NCBI GenBank assembly: GCA_039586365.1
Contig: JBDHKN010000018.1
Span: 22,643-86,642, forward strand
DNA length: 64,000 nt
Origin: Gemmatimonadota bacterium
Lineage (GTDB): Bacteria > Gemmatimonadota > Gemmatimonadetes > Gemmatimonadales > GWC2-71-9
Direction of reading: 5' to 3'
Made by a program: the position numbers and the translations under genes. Below, piece after piece: positions 46,091 through 56,627 of this stretch. The notes below the pieces were generated by a model that was not told the DNA's origin, did no database searches, and saw only the letters and a list, made by a program, of their open reading frames with translations. Numbering within the stretch: the first letter of the stretch is position 1; the number at the start of each line of letters is the position of its first letter.

Positions 46091-48340
46091 ATGTATAGAC
46101 GCCTGAACGCGGCTTTAATAGGCCCATTGTTGGTATCAGGGAGCCCTATCCTGAGCGGGCTAGCAGCTCAGACCTACGACGAGACGACAGTCATTGCTGT
46201 GCCCACCGCGCAGGCGACAGCTACGGGCCGGGCTCCGGTAATCGACGGACGACTGGATGAAGCCGTGTGGAGTTCTGCCACGGTGCTTGAGCATTTTCTC
46301 CAACACGAGCCACTCGAGGGACAACAGCCCACCGAGCGAACAGAAATCCGCGTTCTCTATGACGCTGCTGCGATCTACATCGGAGGTTGGATGTTCGACC
46401 GTGATCCTGGTGGGATACTGCTGGGAGAAAACCGCCGCGATGCCAATCTTCAGGACGCTGATGCTCTATTGATTGTGCTCGACACCTTTCACGATCGGCA
46501 GAACGCCTACGTCTTCGGGACGACACCGGTTGGCATCGAGTACGACGGCCAAGTGACAAGAGACGGGCAGGGAGGCTTGAGCACTGCCCGGCGGATGCAA
46601 TCCGGTGCCGGGTCAGGGGGTGGGTTCAGTCTCAATTGGGACGGAAGCTGGGAGATCGCAACTTCGATAGATGAGGACGGGTGGTACGCCGAGTTTAGGA
46701 TTCCGTTTTCGACACTGAGGTATGCGTCAGGTGGGGCGCAAACGTGGGGATTGAACATTTCCCGCACTGTCCGACGCAGGAACGAAGAGGCGTTTTGGGC
46801 GCCCATACCGAGGCAGTACACGCTGTATCGCGTCTCGCAAGCCGGGATCTTGGAAGGCATAGAGGCTCCGACCCGACGTTCAGCCAGGGTGACGCCCTAC
46901 GTTCTGAGCTCGGCCCACCGGGATTACGATGCCGCCACGGAGGTGGATTGGGCGGGTGAAGTCGGCGGCGACGCCAAGATCGGTCTCACATCCGGCCTCA
47001 ACCTGGATCTGACCTACAACACGGACTTCGCCCAGGTCGAGATAGACGAACAACAGATCAATCTCACCCGCTTCAGCATCTTTCTGCCGGAAAAGCGGCC
47101 GTTTTTTCTCGAGAATGCCGGCATGTTCTCAGTGGGAACGCCGAGTGCGGGGAGTGATCTTGGACTCGACCTATTCTACAGTCGACGAATCGGGATCGGC
47201 CTGGACGGACAGCCGGTGCCTATCATGGGCGGTGGCCGGCTGACCGGCAAGGCTGGAGGTATCACGATCGGTCTGCTGGACATCCAAACTGAGGCTGTTG
47301 GAGCGGAGGGAATTCCTCCCAACAACTACTCCGTCGGTCGCGTAGTTCAGGAGCTACCAAATCGTTCTCAGATTGGTGCCCTGGTGATAGGGCGGCTCAA
47401 CACGGACTCCACCGCGGACTACAACCTCACGTACGCAGTCGACGGACGACTGGGAATCGGTCAGAGCATCAACTTGGACGCATACGTTGCCCGCACGGAG
47501 ACGCCGGGGCTAGGTGGCCGCCAGCACGGATTGGGATTCAACGGCGGATACCAAACTCGCGACTGGGACGTTGGGTTCCAGTATCGAGAGATTGGGGAGG
47601 ATTTCAATCCCGAGGTGGGGTTTCTGCCGAGGAGCGAGTACCGCGTGTTCATCGGGCGGCTGCAGCGCAATATCAGGGTCCCGTCGGTCAGCTGGATAAG
47701 GGAGCTGCGACCACACGCTCTGTGGCGAGAGTTCTTTGATTTCGAGGGGTTTCACGAGACCCGCTATATCCACATCGACAACGCTATCGACTTTGAGAAT
47801 GGGGCGTTCCTGTCGACTGCTGTGAATGTGCACCGCGAAGGCCTGAAGGAACCCTTCGAGATCGCCGACAGTGTGATCGTTCCGGTCGAAACCTATGACT
47901 TCGTCGAGAGCACCGTGCGGTACGGCACCAATCAGAGCGCAGTCTGGTCCCTCAACGGCGAGGCGACGATCGGTGGCTTCTACTCGGGAACCCGAAAGGG
48001 CCTGGCCGGGACCCTGACCAACCGGATCGGATCGACTTGGTCGGGTTCGCTCCGCTTCAGTTACGATGCCGTGGACTTGGATGAGGGGAGTTTTGAGACT
48101 ACGCTCGTTGGCATCAAGGCAGCATATTCGTTCACACCCAGAGTCTTTCTGCAATCGCTGATCCAATACGACAACCAGAGCGACGACTTCTCTGTCAACT
48201 TGCGCTTCGGCTGGCTCAACACTGCGGGGACGGGACTCTACCTTGTCTATAACGAAGTACAGCAGACGGTGTCACCTACTGGACCGAAGGATCGGGTGTT
48301 CGTCGTGAAATACACGCGTCAATTCAACCTGATTCAATAG
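46091..48340 (+). CDS. CBM9-like plus DUF5916 outer membrane protein
   Basis: IDGRLDE..W, EFRIPFSTLRY, NTDFAQVE.D, EKRPFFLE, SRRIG. Confidence 0.88.
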   Translation: MYRRLNAALIGPLLVSGSPILSGLAAQTYDETTVIAVPTAQATATGRAPVIDGRLDEAVWSSATVLEHFLQHEPLEGQQPTERTEIRVLYDAAAIYIGGWMFDRDPGGILLGENRRDANLQDADALLIVLDTFHDRQNAYVFGTTPVGIEYDGQVTRDGQGGLSTARRMQSGAGSGGGFSLNWDGSWEIATSIDEDGWYAEFRIPFSTLRYASGGAQTWGLNISRTVRRRNEEAFWAPIPRQYTLYRVSQAGILEGIEAPTRRSARVTPYVLSSAHRDYDAATEVDWAGEVGGDAKIGLTSGLNLDLTYNTDFAQVEIDEQQINLTRFSIFLPEKRPFFLENAGMFSVGTPSAGSDLGLDLFYSRRIGIGLDGQPVPIMGGGRLTGKAGGITIGLLDIQTEAVGAEGIPPNNYSVGRVVQELPNRSQIGALVIGRLNTDSTADYNLTYAVDGRLGIGQSINLDAYVARTETPGLGGRQHGLGFNGGYQTRDWDVGFQYREIGEDFNPEVGFLPRSEYRVFIGRLQRNIRVPSVSWIRELRPHALWREFFDFEGFHETRYIHIDNAIDFENGAFLSTAVNVHREGLKEPFEIADSVIVPVETYDFVESTVRYGTNQSAVWSLNGEATIGGFYSGTRKGLAGTLTNRIGSTWSGSLRFSYDAVDLDEGSFETTLVGIKAAYSFTPRVFLQSLIQYDNQSDDFSVNLRFGWLNTAGTGLYLVYNEVQQTVSPTGPKDRVFVVKYTRQFNLIQ

Positions 48341-48405
48341 ACAGTGCACCGCCTATTCAGGTGCTGCCGTATCGGACAGCACCCGCGTACAAGGAGACGT
48401 TGACC

Positions 48406-48858
48406 ATGGGACGGATCATTAGCAGCGTTGTTGTTGGCTACGTCACGATGTTCGTGGCTGTGTTCATCATTTTTTCCGCCGCGTACCTATTGTTGGGGAC
48501 CGACGGATCCTTTCAAGCGGGCAGTTGGGATGTGTCGATCGCATGGATAGTTGTTAGCATCCTGGTCGGAATCGTGGCCGCGATTGCTGGCGGCTATGTC
48601 TGCGCTGCGATTGCGAAAGATCCGAGAGGGCCGTTGGCGCTAGTAGTGGTTGTCGTGGTCCTTGGGCTGATCCTGGCGATTCCCGTGCTCACCGGCGCAT
48701 ACGATGATGTCGGAGTTGACACCCGACCCGCAACTGTAGGGTTACTTGAAGCAATGCAGAACGCGAAGCAACCGGTGTGGATCGCTTTCCTGAATCCGCT
48801 GCTTGGCGCGGTAGGTGTCATGGTTGGCGCGAAGCTCAAGCAGCGGAGTGGGCCCTAG
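48406..48858 (+). CDS. Hypothetical 4-TM membrane protein
   Basis: AAGGAG RBS; four hydrophobic helices. Confidence 0.75.
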   Translation: MGRIISSVVVGYVTMFVAVFIIFSAAYLLLGTDGSFQAGSWDVSIAWIVVSILVGIVAAIAGGYVCAAIAKDPRGPLALVVVVVVLGLILAIPVLTGAYDDVGVDTRPATVGLLEAMQNAKQPVWIAFLNPLLGAVGVMVGAKLKQRSGP

Positions 48859-48906
48859 CAACCGCCGGCTCTGACAACACTACAACACGAACCTCCAGAG
48901 AGTACA

Positions 48907-51051
48907 ATGACACTCTTCCAGAGAGGCCCACTGAGCAGACACAGCGGTTTCACGTGGGCAGTATCTGCGGCCTTCCTTTTCTCCGGGGCCTGTTCCTCGT
49001 ACCCACCACCGCCGGAGACACGTCGGGATGTGGTGGTCGATACGATTCACGGAGTCGAGTTCCAGGATCCTTACCGGTGGTTGGAGGATCAGGAGAGTGA
49101 ACAGACGCGTGCCTGGATAGACCACCAAAACGCCTATGCTGACGAGATAGTGGGGCAGTCACCGCTCAGAGATCGAGTGCGGCTCAGGCTCCAGGAACTG
49201 ATGGATGTCGAAGATGTCGGGTCACCTCAGAAGGCGGGGGAATTCGAGTACTTCACGCTGCGCCGCAAAGGTGAAGAACTTCCGATCATCTATCGTCGTC
49301 CAGCTCCTCCAGAGGGTACGGAACAAGAAATCGATCCTGCCGGTGAGTACGAGGTTGTGATCGACCCCCACCCCATGAGTCCGGGTCACACCACCCGGGT
49401 ATCGATTCGTTCCTTGTCACGCGATGGCCGGCGGATGATCTACGATATCCGTGATGGAGGCGCGGACGAAGTGGAACTGCGTGTGCGTGACCTCGCGACG
49501 GGGACCGACCTGCCCGAGCAATATCCCTGGGCCCTCTACGATGCGGCGTCGTTCAGCGACGACGGCTCCGGGTTCTACTACGTGCGGCGATCCCGCCAAA
49601 CGGGTCCCCGTGTGTACTTCCATAGTATTGGTGAGGATCCAAGCCAGGATAGAGAGATCTTCGGCGCAGGCTATGGGCCTACGAGTTTCGTCCGAGTGAG
49701 CCAGGTCGAGCGAGGCAGGTATCTCCTCCTAACCGTGCAGCATGGGTGGGCCCGCAGTGAGGTCTGGCTGCAGGAAGTGAGAAATGGAAGGGTCACTCCG
49801 ATCGTCACGGACGTGGATGCACACTTCAATGCGCGGTACACTGATGGTGAGATATACCTGAGGACGGACCTCGATGCCCCTAACTATCGGATCGTGGCGG
49901 TGGACCCGGGCCGCCCTGCGCGCAGCAACTGGCGTGAAGTGATTCCAGAGGCGGAAGATGTGTTGCAGAGCTACACGGTGATCGACAATCGCTACTACGT
50001 GACCTATCTGCACAATGTGAGCACGAAGATCAAGATATTCGAGATGGATGGCACGTCGGCGGGTGAGATCCCAATCCCCGACTATCACACGGCGAGTATT
50101 CGCAATGGTGATGATGGGAAGGCTGTCCTGTCTCTGAGATCTCTGATCATGCCCGAGACCGAGTATGAGCTCGATCTCGAGACTGGGGAGCTAGAGCTAT
50201 CGCAGGAGCCGGAGGTACCGTTCGTAGGGGATGACTATGAGGTGAAGCAGGTGTGGTATACGTCGAAGGATGGAACCAACGGTCCGATTTACGTTGTGCA
50301 TCGAAGTGACATCGAGTTGACCGGCGATCATCCAACGCTGCTCTACGGTTATGGTGGGTTCACGTCGAGTCTGACTCCTGGGTTCAGCGCAACGACAGCA
50401 GTCTGGCTGGAACAGGGTGGAGTGTATGCAGTGGCCACCCTCCGTGGTGGAAACGAGTTCGGTGAGACCTGGCATCGCGACGGTATGCTGGAGAACAAGC
50501 AGAACGTGTTCGACGACTTTATCGCGGCGGCCGAGTGGCTCATCGACAACGGCTACACCGATCCCGACCGACTGGCCATTCGTGGAGTCAGCAACGGAGG
50601 GCTGTTAGTGGGTGCTGCACTGACGCAGCGACCGGATCTGTTTCGAGCTGTGCTATGCGGGTTCCCCGACTTGGACATGGTTAGGTTCTACTCCTTTACA
50701 GAGACGAACAACATGCCGGCACTGTTAGAGTATGGGGACGGCTCCAAGCCCGAACAGTTCGAATATCTCCGGCTACACTCCCCCTATCAGAATGTGCGAG
50801 ATGGTGTCCACTACCCGGCCGTGATGCTCACGTCCGGAGACTTGGACACGCGGGTTTCACCACTCCAAGCGCGCAAGATGGCAGCCAGGCTGCAGAGCGC
50901 GACCAGGTCGGGTTTGCCGATCATACTGCACTACGATCCCAAGCAGGGGCATGCTGCGGGACGGGGTCGACCGATGAGCACAGCCATCGACGATACGGCA
51001 ATGGAGATCACATTCCTGTTGTCCCAGTTGGGGGTGCCGACAGGCAATTGA
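48907..51051 (+). CDS. Prolyl oligopeptidase (S9A), probable lipoprotein
   Basis: DPYRWLED, YGYGGF, RGGNEFG, GVSNGG, DTRV, GH; FSGAC lipobox. Confidence 0.93.
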   Translation: MTLFQRGPLSRHSGFTWAVSAAFLFSGACSSYPPPPETRRDVVVDTIHGVEFQDPYRWLEDQESEQTRAWIDHQNAYADEIVGQSPLRDRVRLRLQELMDVEDVGSPQKAGEFEYFTLRRKGEELPIIYRRPAPPEGTEQEIDPAGEYEVVIDPHPMSPGHTTRVSIRSLSRDGRRMIYDIRDGGADEVELRVRDLATGTDLPEQYPWALYDAASFSDDGSGFYYVRRSRQTGPRVYFHSIGEDPSQDREIFGAGYGPTSFVRVSQVERGRYLLLTVQHGWARSEVWLQEVRNGRVTPIVTDVDAHFNARYTDGEIYLRTDLDAPNYRIVAVDPGRPARSNWREVIPEAEDVLQSYTVIDNRYYVTYLHNVSTKIKIFEMDGTSAGEIPIPDYHTASIRNGDDGKAVLSLRSLIMPETEYELDLETGELELSQEPEVPFVGDDYEVKQVWYTSKDGTNGPIYVVHRSDIELTGDHPTLLYGYGGFTSSLTPGFSATTAVWLEQGGVYAVATLRGGNEFGETWHRDGMLENKQNVFDDFIAAAEWLIDNGYTDPDRLAIRGVSNGGLLVGAALTQRPDLFRAVLCGFPDLDMVRFYSFTETNNMPALLEYGDGSKPEQFEYLRLHSPYQNVRDGVHYPAVMLTSGDLDTRVSPLQARKMAARLQSATRSGLPIILHYDPKQGHAAGRGRPMSTAIDDTAMEITFLLSQLGVPTGN

Positions 51052-51054
51052 ATG

Positions 51055-51127
51055 GCAGATTGCAGATTCACGATTGTCGACTATCGGGTTGACGATCGTC
51101 ACTTGCAGAGTGCGGATTGCCGGATTG
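51055..51127 (+). repeat. Degenerate GCAGATT-type heptamer array
   Basis: gcagatt gcagatt cacgatt gtcgact ... gcagagt gcggatt directly after the stop codon. Confidence 0.65.
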
Positions 51128-51288
51128 AAACCACGTATGCGCGTACCGGGAGTACCCGATTCCTCGGCGGTTTACGCTCGTGGGGGTTACAACTTCAACC
51201 AGTGATACAGGGTGGCATTGCCATCATCAGTCGCGCACGCATGTATGCGTGCTTGTCTTTGGTTCAATAATTGACGAGAGGTCGCGGC

Positions 51289-54200
51289 ATGAACAACTAC
51301 GTTCGCACTGCTACGTTCGCGTTTGTCTTGGTTCTGGCAGCTCAGCCGCTCGTGGCCCAGGGAGTCCTTGGCTTCTACCGCTACCCCGCTTTGTATGGCG
51401 ACACCATCGTGTTCGCCGCCGAAGGGGATCTTTGGAAGGTGTCTGTGGATGGAGGGGTCGCCCGGCGACTGACCACGCACCAAGCCGAGGAGACGAACCC
51501 GGTCATCTCCACGGACGGTAAGACATTGGCGTTCACTGCCCGCTATGAGGGACCTGCCGAAGTCTACACGATGCCACTAGCTGGAGGAGTGCCTGTACGA
51601 CGCACCTACGAGGCTGAAGCTTCTATCGCCACCACCTGGGCGCCCGACGGCGGCCTGGTCTATGCCACCACTCACTACTCCGGTGTCCCGAAGCAGAGCT
51701 TGGTGAAGCTCAACCTGGACGATGCAACGCGGACACTGGTGCCGCTCGCCACTGCCTCTGAGGCCACCTATGACGCTGCAGGGTCGACGCTCTTCTTCGT
51801 CCGCCCGGCATTTCACAATAACGTCACCAAGCGCTACGTAGGTGGCACTGCGCGGGATGTATGGAAGTTCGAACAAGGGGCGGATGAAGCGGTAGAGTTG
51901 ACCGGTGACTACGATGGAGAGAGCCATTCACCAATGTGGTGGAATGGACGCATCTATTTCGTCACTGATCGCGACGGAACGATGAACATCTGGTCGATGA
52001 ACGAAGCTGGCGGAGATATGCGCCAGCACACGCGACACAGCGGGTGGGATGTCAAGAATCCGTCACTTTCGCAGGGCCGAATTGCGTATCAGCTGGGTGT
52101 CGATCTCTGGCTCTATGATGTGGCGGCGGACGAGACTCAGCTCGTTCCCATCAGGTTGGCCTCCGACTTGGATCAGCTACGTGAGAAATGGGTCACCGAC
52201 CCGATGGACTATCTCACTTCGGCTCACATCCACCCTGCGGGCGAAAGCGTAGTCCTCACAGCCCGGGGCCGTGTATTCATGGCACCGACCGGCCGCGGTC
52301 GTCTGGTGCGGGCCTCGCATAAGGACGGCGTGCGCTATCGCGATGTGGTCTTCATGCCAGACGGAGTAACGCTCCTCGGGCTCTCCGACGAAACGGGAGA
52401 GCTCGAGTTCGTACAGATCCCAGCAAACGGAGTTGGGGCGGATGAGGCGCTCACGGACAACGGTACCATTTTGCGCTTTCAGGGCACTCCTTCTTCCGAT
52501 GGCAAGTGGATTGCCTACGACGACAACAACCGGGATCTGTGGGTGCTCAATGCTGCAACAGGCGAGCAAAGGAGGATTTCCGAAAATCGTGAAGGAATCG
52601 GCGACGTTGCGTGGTCGCCGGACAGTCGCTGGCTGGCCTACACCATGACGGCTGGCAACACTTTTCGTCTGATAAAGCTGTACAACGTCGAGGATGAGAC
52701 GACTGTGCCGCTCACGGGCGATCGAGTGAATAGCTTCAGCATCGCCTGGGACCCGAGTGGAGAGTTCATCTATTTTCTCTCCGACCGCAACCTGCGCTCG
52801 TTGGTTGGAAGTCCTTGGGGATCGCGCCAGCCCGAGCCGTACTTCGACAAGTCCATAGAGATCTACCAGGCAGCGCTGAGAAACGGGTTACGCTCCCCGT
52901 TCCAGCCGGATGACGAGTTGGCCGCCGATGATCGCAGTAAGTCCGTGGCTGATCGCGCAGACTCAGGCGGTGCGGCATCCCAGACAGTCGAACCGATTCA
53001 AATCGCCATTGATGGTTTGATGCAGCGGGTGAAGCGGGTTCCCGCACCTGCTGGCAACTACAGCTCGCTGTACGCGAACGAGGACGCACTGTTCTGGGTC
53101 GCCCGTGAGTCGGGACCCAGTCCCGCTGCTCACTTGATGGGTCTCGAGATCGACAATGAAGGTGGCGAGCCAGTGACAGTCTTGGAGGACATTCGGTCAC
53201 TGGAGATGTCACTCGACGGCAAGAAGCTATTGCTCCGCAAGGGGAACAACCTCCACGTGATAGAGGCGAAGCCGTCTGGGGTCAACGACCTAAGTGACAC
53301 CAGGGTCGACTTGGCAGGTTGGAGCTTCTCGATTGATGTGAGGGAAGACTGGCGCCAGATTCTGGTGGACGCCTGGCGGCTGGAACGAGATTACTTCTAC
53401 GATCCCAACATGCACGGTGTCGATTGGGACGCCATGCTCGAGAAATATCTGCCACTGGTCGATCGGGTAACCACCCGTGACGAGCTGTCCGATATCATCG
53501 GTAGGTTTGTCGGTGAGTTGTCGGCGCTCCATACCAGCGTGCGGGGTGGTGACCTGCGTACCGGCGAGGACAATGTTAGCGTGGCGAGTCTTGGGGCTCG
53601 ACTGTTCCGAGAACCCAACGTTGGCGGCTACCGCATCGACTACATCTACCAAGCGGATCCAGACTATCCGGATGAAATGTCACCCCTGGCCGACCCCGAC
53701 CTCGACATCCACGCGGGCGATGTGATCGAGACGGTTAACGGTGTCAATGCGTTGGATGCACCAGACATAGGAGCGCTCCTGCGCAACCAGCAGAACCGTC
53801 AGGTGCTCCTTACGGTGCGTTCCGACGGCCGGTCACGCGACGTCATCGTCGTTCCAACAGCTAATGAGTCCAACCTGCGCTACAGTGATTGGGAGTACAC
53901 CCGCCGCCGGAAGGCAGAGGCAGAGAGCGATGGGAAGATCGGCTATGTTCACCTGCGTGCTATGGGCGGCGGTAACCTGACTGAGTGGTACCGTCAGTTC
54001 TACCCGGTCTTCGACCGGCCAGGGCTCATAATCGACGTGCGCCACAATCGGGGCGGCAACATCGACAGCTTCATACTGGAGAAGTTGATGCGGCGTGCCT
54101 GGATGTATTGGAAGACGCGGGTTGGAAAGAACACCTGGAACATGCAATACGCGTTTCGGGGCCATATGGTGGTGTTGGTCGACCACGAGACCGCTTCCGA

Positions 54201-54573
54201 CGGTGAGGCGTTTGCTGATGGGTTCCGGCGGTTGGGTCTGGGGCCGGTCATCGGGACGCGCACCTGGGGTGGAGAGATCTGGCTGAGTTCGTCCAACCGG
54301 TTGAGTGACGGTGGCCTCGCCCGGGCGCCCATGATGGGTGTTTATGGACCAGAAGGTGAATGGCTCATAGAGCAAATCGGGGTAGTGCCAGACATGGTAG
54401 TTGACAACCTACCGCATGCGACGTTCAATGGATCGGACGCTCAGCTGGATGCGGCGATCCAATACCTGTTGGGGCAAATCGAGCAAGACCCGCGCGACGT
54501 ACCCGTAGCACCAGCATATCCCGACAAGTCGTTTAGGTACCCGACCGCTGGTAATGGTGGCGGCGGCAACTGA
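51289..54573 (+). CDS. Tricorn-type S41 protease
   Basis: Propellers (EGDLW, PMWW), GELSALH, PDZ domain, DVRHNRGG, TASDGE, RTWGG. Confidence 0.93.
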   Translation: MNNYVRTATFAFVLVLAAQPLVAQGVLGFYRYPALYGDTIVFAAEGDLWKVSVDGGVARRLTTHQAEETNPVISTDGKTLAFTARYEGPAEVYTMPLAGGVPVRRTYEAEASIATTWAPDGGLVYATTHYSGVPKQSLVKLNLDDATRTLVPLATASEATYDAAGSTLFFVRPAFHNNVTKRYVGGTARDVWKFEQGADEAVELTGDYDGESHSPMWWNGRIYFVTDRDGTMNIWSMNEAGGDMRQHTRHSGWDVKNPSLSQGRIAYQLGVDLWLYDVAADETQLVPIRLASDLDQLREKWVTDPMDYLTSAHIHPAGESVVLTARGRVFMAPTGRGRLVRASHKDGVRYRDVVFMPDGVTLLGLSDETGELEFVQIPANGVGADEALTDNGTILRFQGTPSSDGKWIAYDDNNRDLWVLNAATGEQRRISENREGIGDVAWSPDSRWLAYTMTAGNTFRLIKLYNVEDETTVPLTGDRVNSFSIAWDPSGEFIYFLSDRNLRSLVGSPWGSRQPEPYFDKSIEIYQAALRNGLRSPFQPDDELAADDRSKSVADRADSGGAASQTVEPIQIAIDGLMQRVKRVPAPAGNYSSLYANEDALFWVARESGPSPAAHLMGLEIDNEGGEPVTVLEDIRSLEMSLDGKKLLLRKGNNLHVIEAKPSGVNDLSDTRVDLAGWSFSIDVREDWRQILVDAWRLERDYFYDPNMHGVDWDAMLEKYLPLVDRVTTRDELSDIIGRFVGELSALHTSVRGGDLRTGEDNVSVASLGARLFREPNVGGYRIDYIYQADPDYPDEMSPLADPDLDIHAGDVIETVNGVNALDAPDIGALLRNQQNRQVLLTVRSDGRSRDVIVVPTANESNLRYSDWEYTRRRKAEAESDGKIGYVHLRAMGGGNLTEWYRQFYPVFDRPGLIIDVRHNRGGNIDSFILEKLMRRAWMYWKTRVGKNTWNMQYAFRGHMVVLVDHETASDGEAFADGFRRLGLGPVIGTRTWGGEIWLSSSNRLSDGGLARAPMMGVYGPEGEWLIEQIGVVPDMVVDNLPHATFNGSDAQLDAAIQYLLGQIEQDPRDVPVAPAYPDKSFRYPTAGNGGGGN

Positions 54574-54774
54574 GGTTCACCCACTGAGTTCGGTGAGTCA
54601 GACCGAGGAACGTCGAGTGATGAAATGGCAGCTTCATGCCAGCTCTTCATGCGACGTTCCTCCCTCGAAATCCGAGTGTCTGATTCCAGATCGTCCCTGC
54701 CTGTCATATATCTGATCCCTTGCCTCCACTAATAGGGTGACAGCTTGACCGGAGCGTTCACCGGTGGTCACCGC

Positions 54775-55287
54775 ATGCAACAGAGCGAACTCAGAATCAA
54801 GCTCGAGGAACACCACCGAGACGCGTTTGGGTGGGCGCTTTCCTGCTGCGGGTGGGACCGAACAATGACAGAGGATGTGTTGCATTCGAGCTACCTCAAA
54901 GTGCTGGACGGAAGAGCGGTGTTCTCCGGGCGGTCGAGTTTCAAGACCTGGCTGTTCGCGGTGATCCGGAGAACTGCCTCGGAGCAGCGGAGACGTCAGA
55001 TGTTGCGCCGGTTTCTGCCCGTTACACTCCTCACTGGCCAGAAAGACTCCAGTATGGCCGATGCAGAGTCGGATCTGCTCCGCTCCGAGAGCAGCGCTCG
55101 ATTGGTGGCAGCCCTCAAGGTTCTACCGCCAAGGCAGCGGGAGCTGCTGCACCTAGTGTTCTACCAAAATTTGACTATCCGGGCAGCAGCTGAAACCCTG
55201 GGCGTCTCGCTTGGAACGGCACGCACGCATTATGAGAGGGGAAAAGAGCGGTTGCGCGATCTGCTTGCAGAGGAGTACACGAAATGA
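54775..55287 (+). CDS. ECF sigma-70 factor
   Basis: FSGRSSFKTWLF; LPPRQRE..GVSLGTARTHYERGK. Confidence 0.9.
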   Translation: MQQSELRIKLEEHHRDAFGWALSCCGWDRTMTEDVLHSSYLKVLDGRAVFSGRSSFKTWLFAVIRRTASEQRRRQMLRRFLPVTLLTGQKDSSMADAESDLLRSESSARLVAALKVLPPRQRELLHLVFYQNLTIRAAAETLGVSLGTARTHYERGKERLRDLLAEEYTK

Positions 55288-55652
55288 CTGAGAGTCCGGA
55301 AGAGAGACATCTCCGCTCATTGTTCAGGGAGCTACGTCGCGAAGTGGACGCCTCAGTGTCGGCATTTGAGGTGAGAGCAACGCAGCCGGTGCGGACCGGC
55401 CATCGTCGATTGGTGATGGTGACGGCGACTGCAGCGGTTGTGATGGCCGCGGTCATGGTCGCTCGGGTGGTGAGAGACGACCACAACCCTGAATTCGGAC
55501 TGGATCTGGCCGCGACAACTTGGGTTGCGCCGACCGATTTTCTGCTCGACACGCCCGGCAGCGATCTGCTTCGGTCGTTGCCGGAGATCGGCATGCCTGC
55601 CTACACGTCGCAGTCTGTTACCGGCCCTGGGGCGGTTGATACATCAAGTTGA
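55284..55652 (+). CDS. Putative single-TM anti-sigma factor
   Basis: ATGA overlap with the sigma gene; central TM helix; WxAPTDFLL motif. Confidence 0.65.
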   Translation: MTESPEERHLRSLFRELRREVDASVSAFEVRATQPVRTGHRRLVMVTATAAVVMAAVMVARVVRDDHNPEFGLDLAATTWVAPTDFLLDTPGSDLLRSLPEIGMPAYTSQSVTGPGAVDTSS

Positions 55653-55668
55653 ACAGGGAGGGAAAGTC

Positions 55669-56304
55669 ATGACAAGATCAACGATGCTAGCCGTAGCGGC
55701 GGCGTGTCTGCTGTCGCAGACGGTGGCTGGCCAACGGGTTCATCTGGAACCCCGGAATGTCTCGGACCATCTGTTTGAGCCAGAGCTCGTGATGCGGTAT
55801 CAAAGGCACCTCGAGCTCACCGATCAGCAGCGCACCGTCATCGTGAATGAAGTGCGGGAACTGCAAGCCGCTGTGCTGCAACTCCAGTGGCAGCTCGAGG
55901 ACCAGAACCAGGTACTCTCTGAGTTAATGGCCGGCGATGCCATCGATGTCGAGGCTGCGTTGCAGCAACTCGATCGGGTGATGGAACTAGAACACCAGAT
56001 CAAACGCAACCACTTCCGCTATTTGATTGAAATCAAGAACACCTTGACTGCCGACCAGCAACTGAGACTGCGGGAACTCAGGGAATCCGACAGGGTCATG
56101 CACATGGATAGTGAGAGCGGCATGATTGAGGGCGCGATGAGAGAACACATGGAGGGCGGGATGATGCTGGAGATGAGGGAGCGTGCGATGAGAGAACACA
56201 TGACGGAGCGCGCGATGAGGGGGGAGATGAGAGAGCGCGAGATGAGGGAACGCATGCGGGAGCAAGGCATGAGGCGGCGCCCCGAACCTGCCAACCGCTT
56301 GTAG
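55669..56304 (+). CDS. Spy/CpxP/ZraP-like periplasmic protein with Met-rich tail
   Basis: Signal peptide; LELTDQQ and LTADQ (LTxxQ) motifs; 15 Met in ~60 C-terminal residues. Confidence 0.8.
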   Translation: MTRSTMLAVAAACLLSQTVAGQRVHLEPRNVSDHLFEPELVMRYQRHLELTDQQRTVIVNEVRELQAAVLQLQWQLEDQNQVLSELMAGDAIDVEAALQQLDRVMELEHQIKRNHFRYLIEIKNTLTADQQLRLRELRESDRVMHMDSESGMIEGAMREHMEGGMMLEMRERAMREHMTERAMRGEMREREMRERMREQGMRRRPEPANRL

Positions 56305-56627
56305 GACTTGGGGCCGATGATCTAGGGAAGGTCCACCGCCGATCGGGCTTTACCTAGACAAACTCGCATATCGAACGTTGAAGATCGAGCGCTGTCGCTT
56401 CGCGTGTGCACGTTTGATCCTTATTGCCTCGTAGTCGGTAGCGAGTGGCGACCTCCGGCCCGCGTGCGCCTGGTTCTCGGGCAACACCGCGATCGCTTGC
56501 CAGTGTGACCTGCCAACTTCCACCCGGTAGTGGACCCCCACCATCAACTGATCGATGCCATCACCACTGGTGAAGTATCTCGAAGATCGCTATCGTAGAT
56601 ACGCATTATTAGTTTGAGGTTGGTGGG

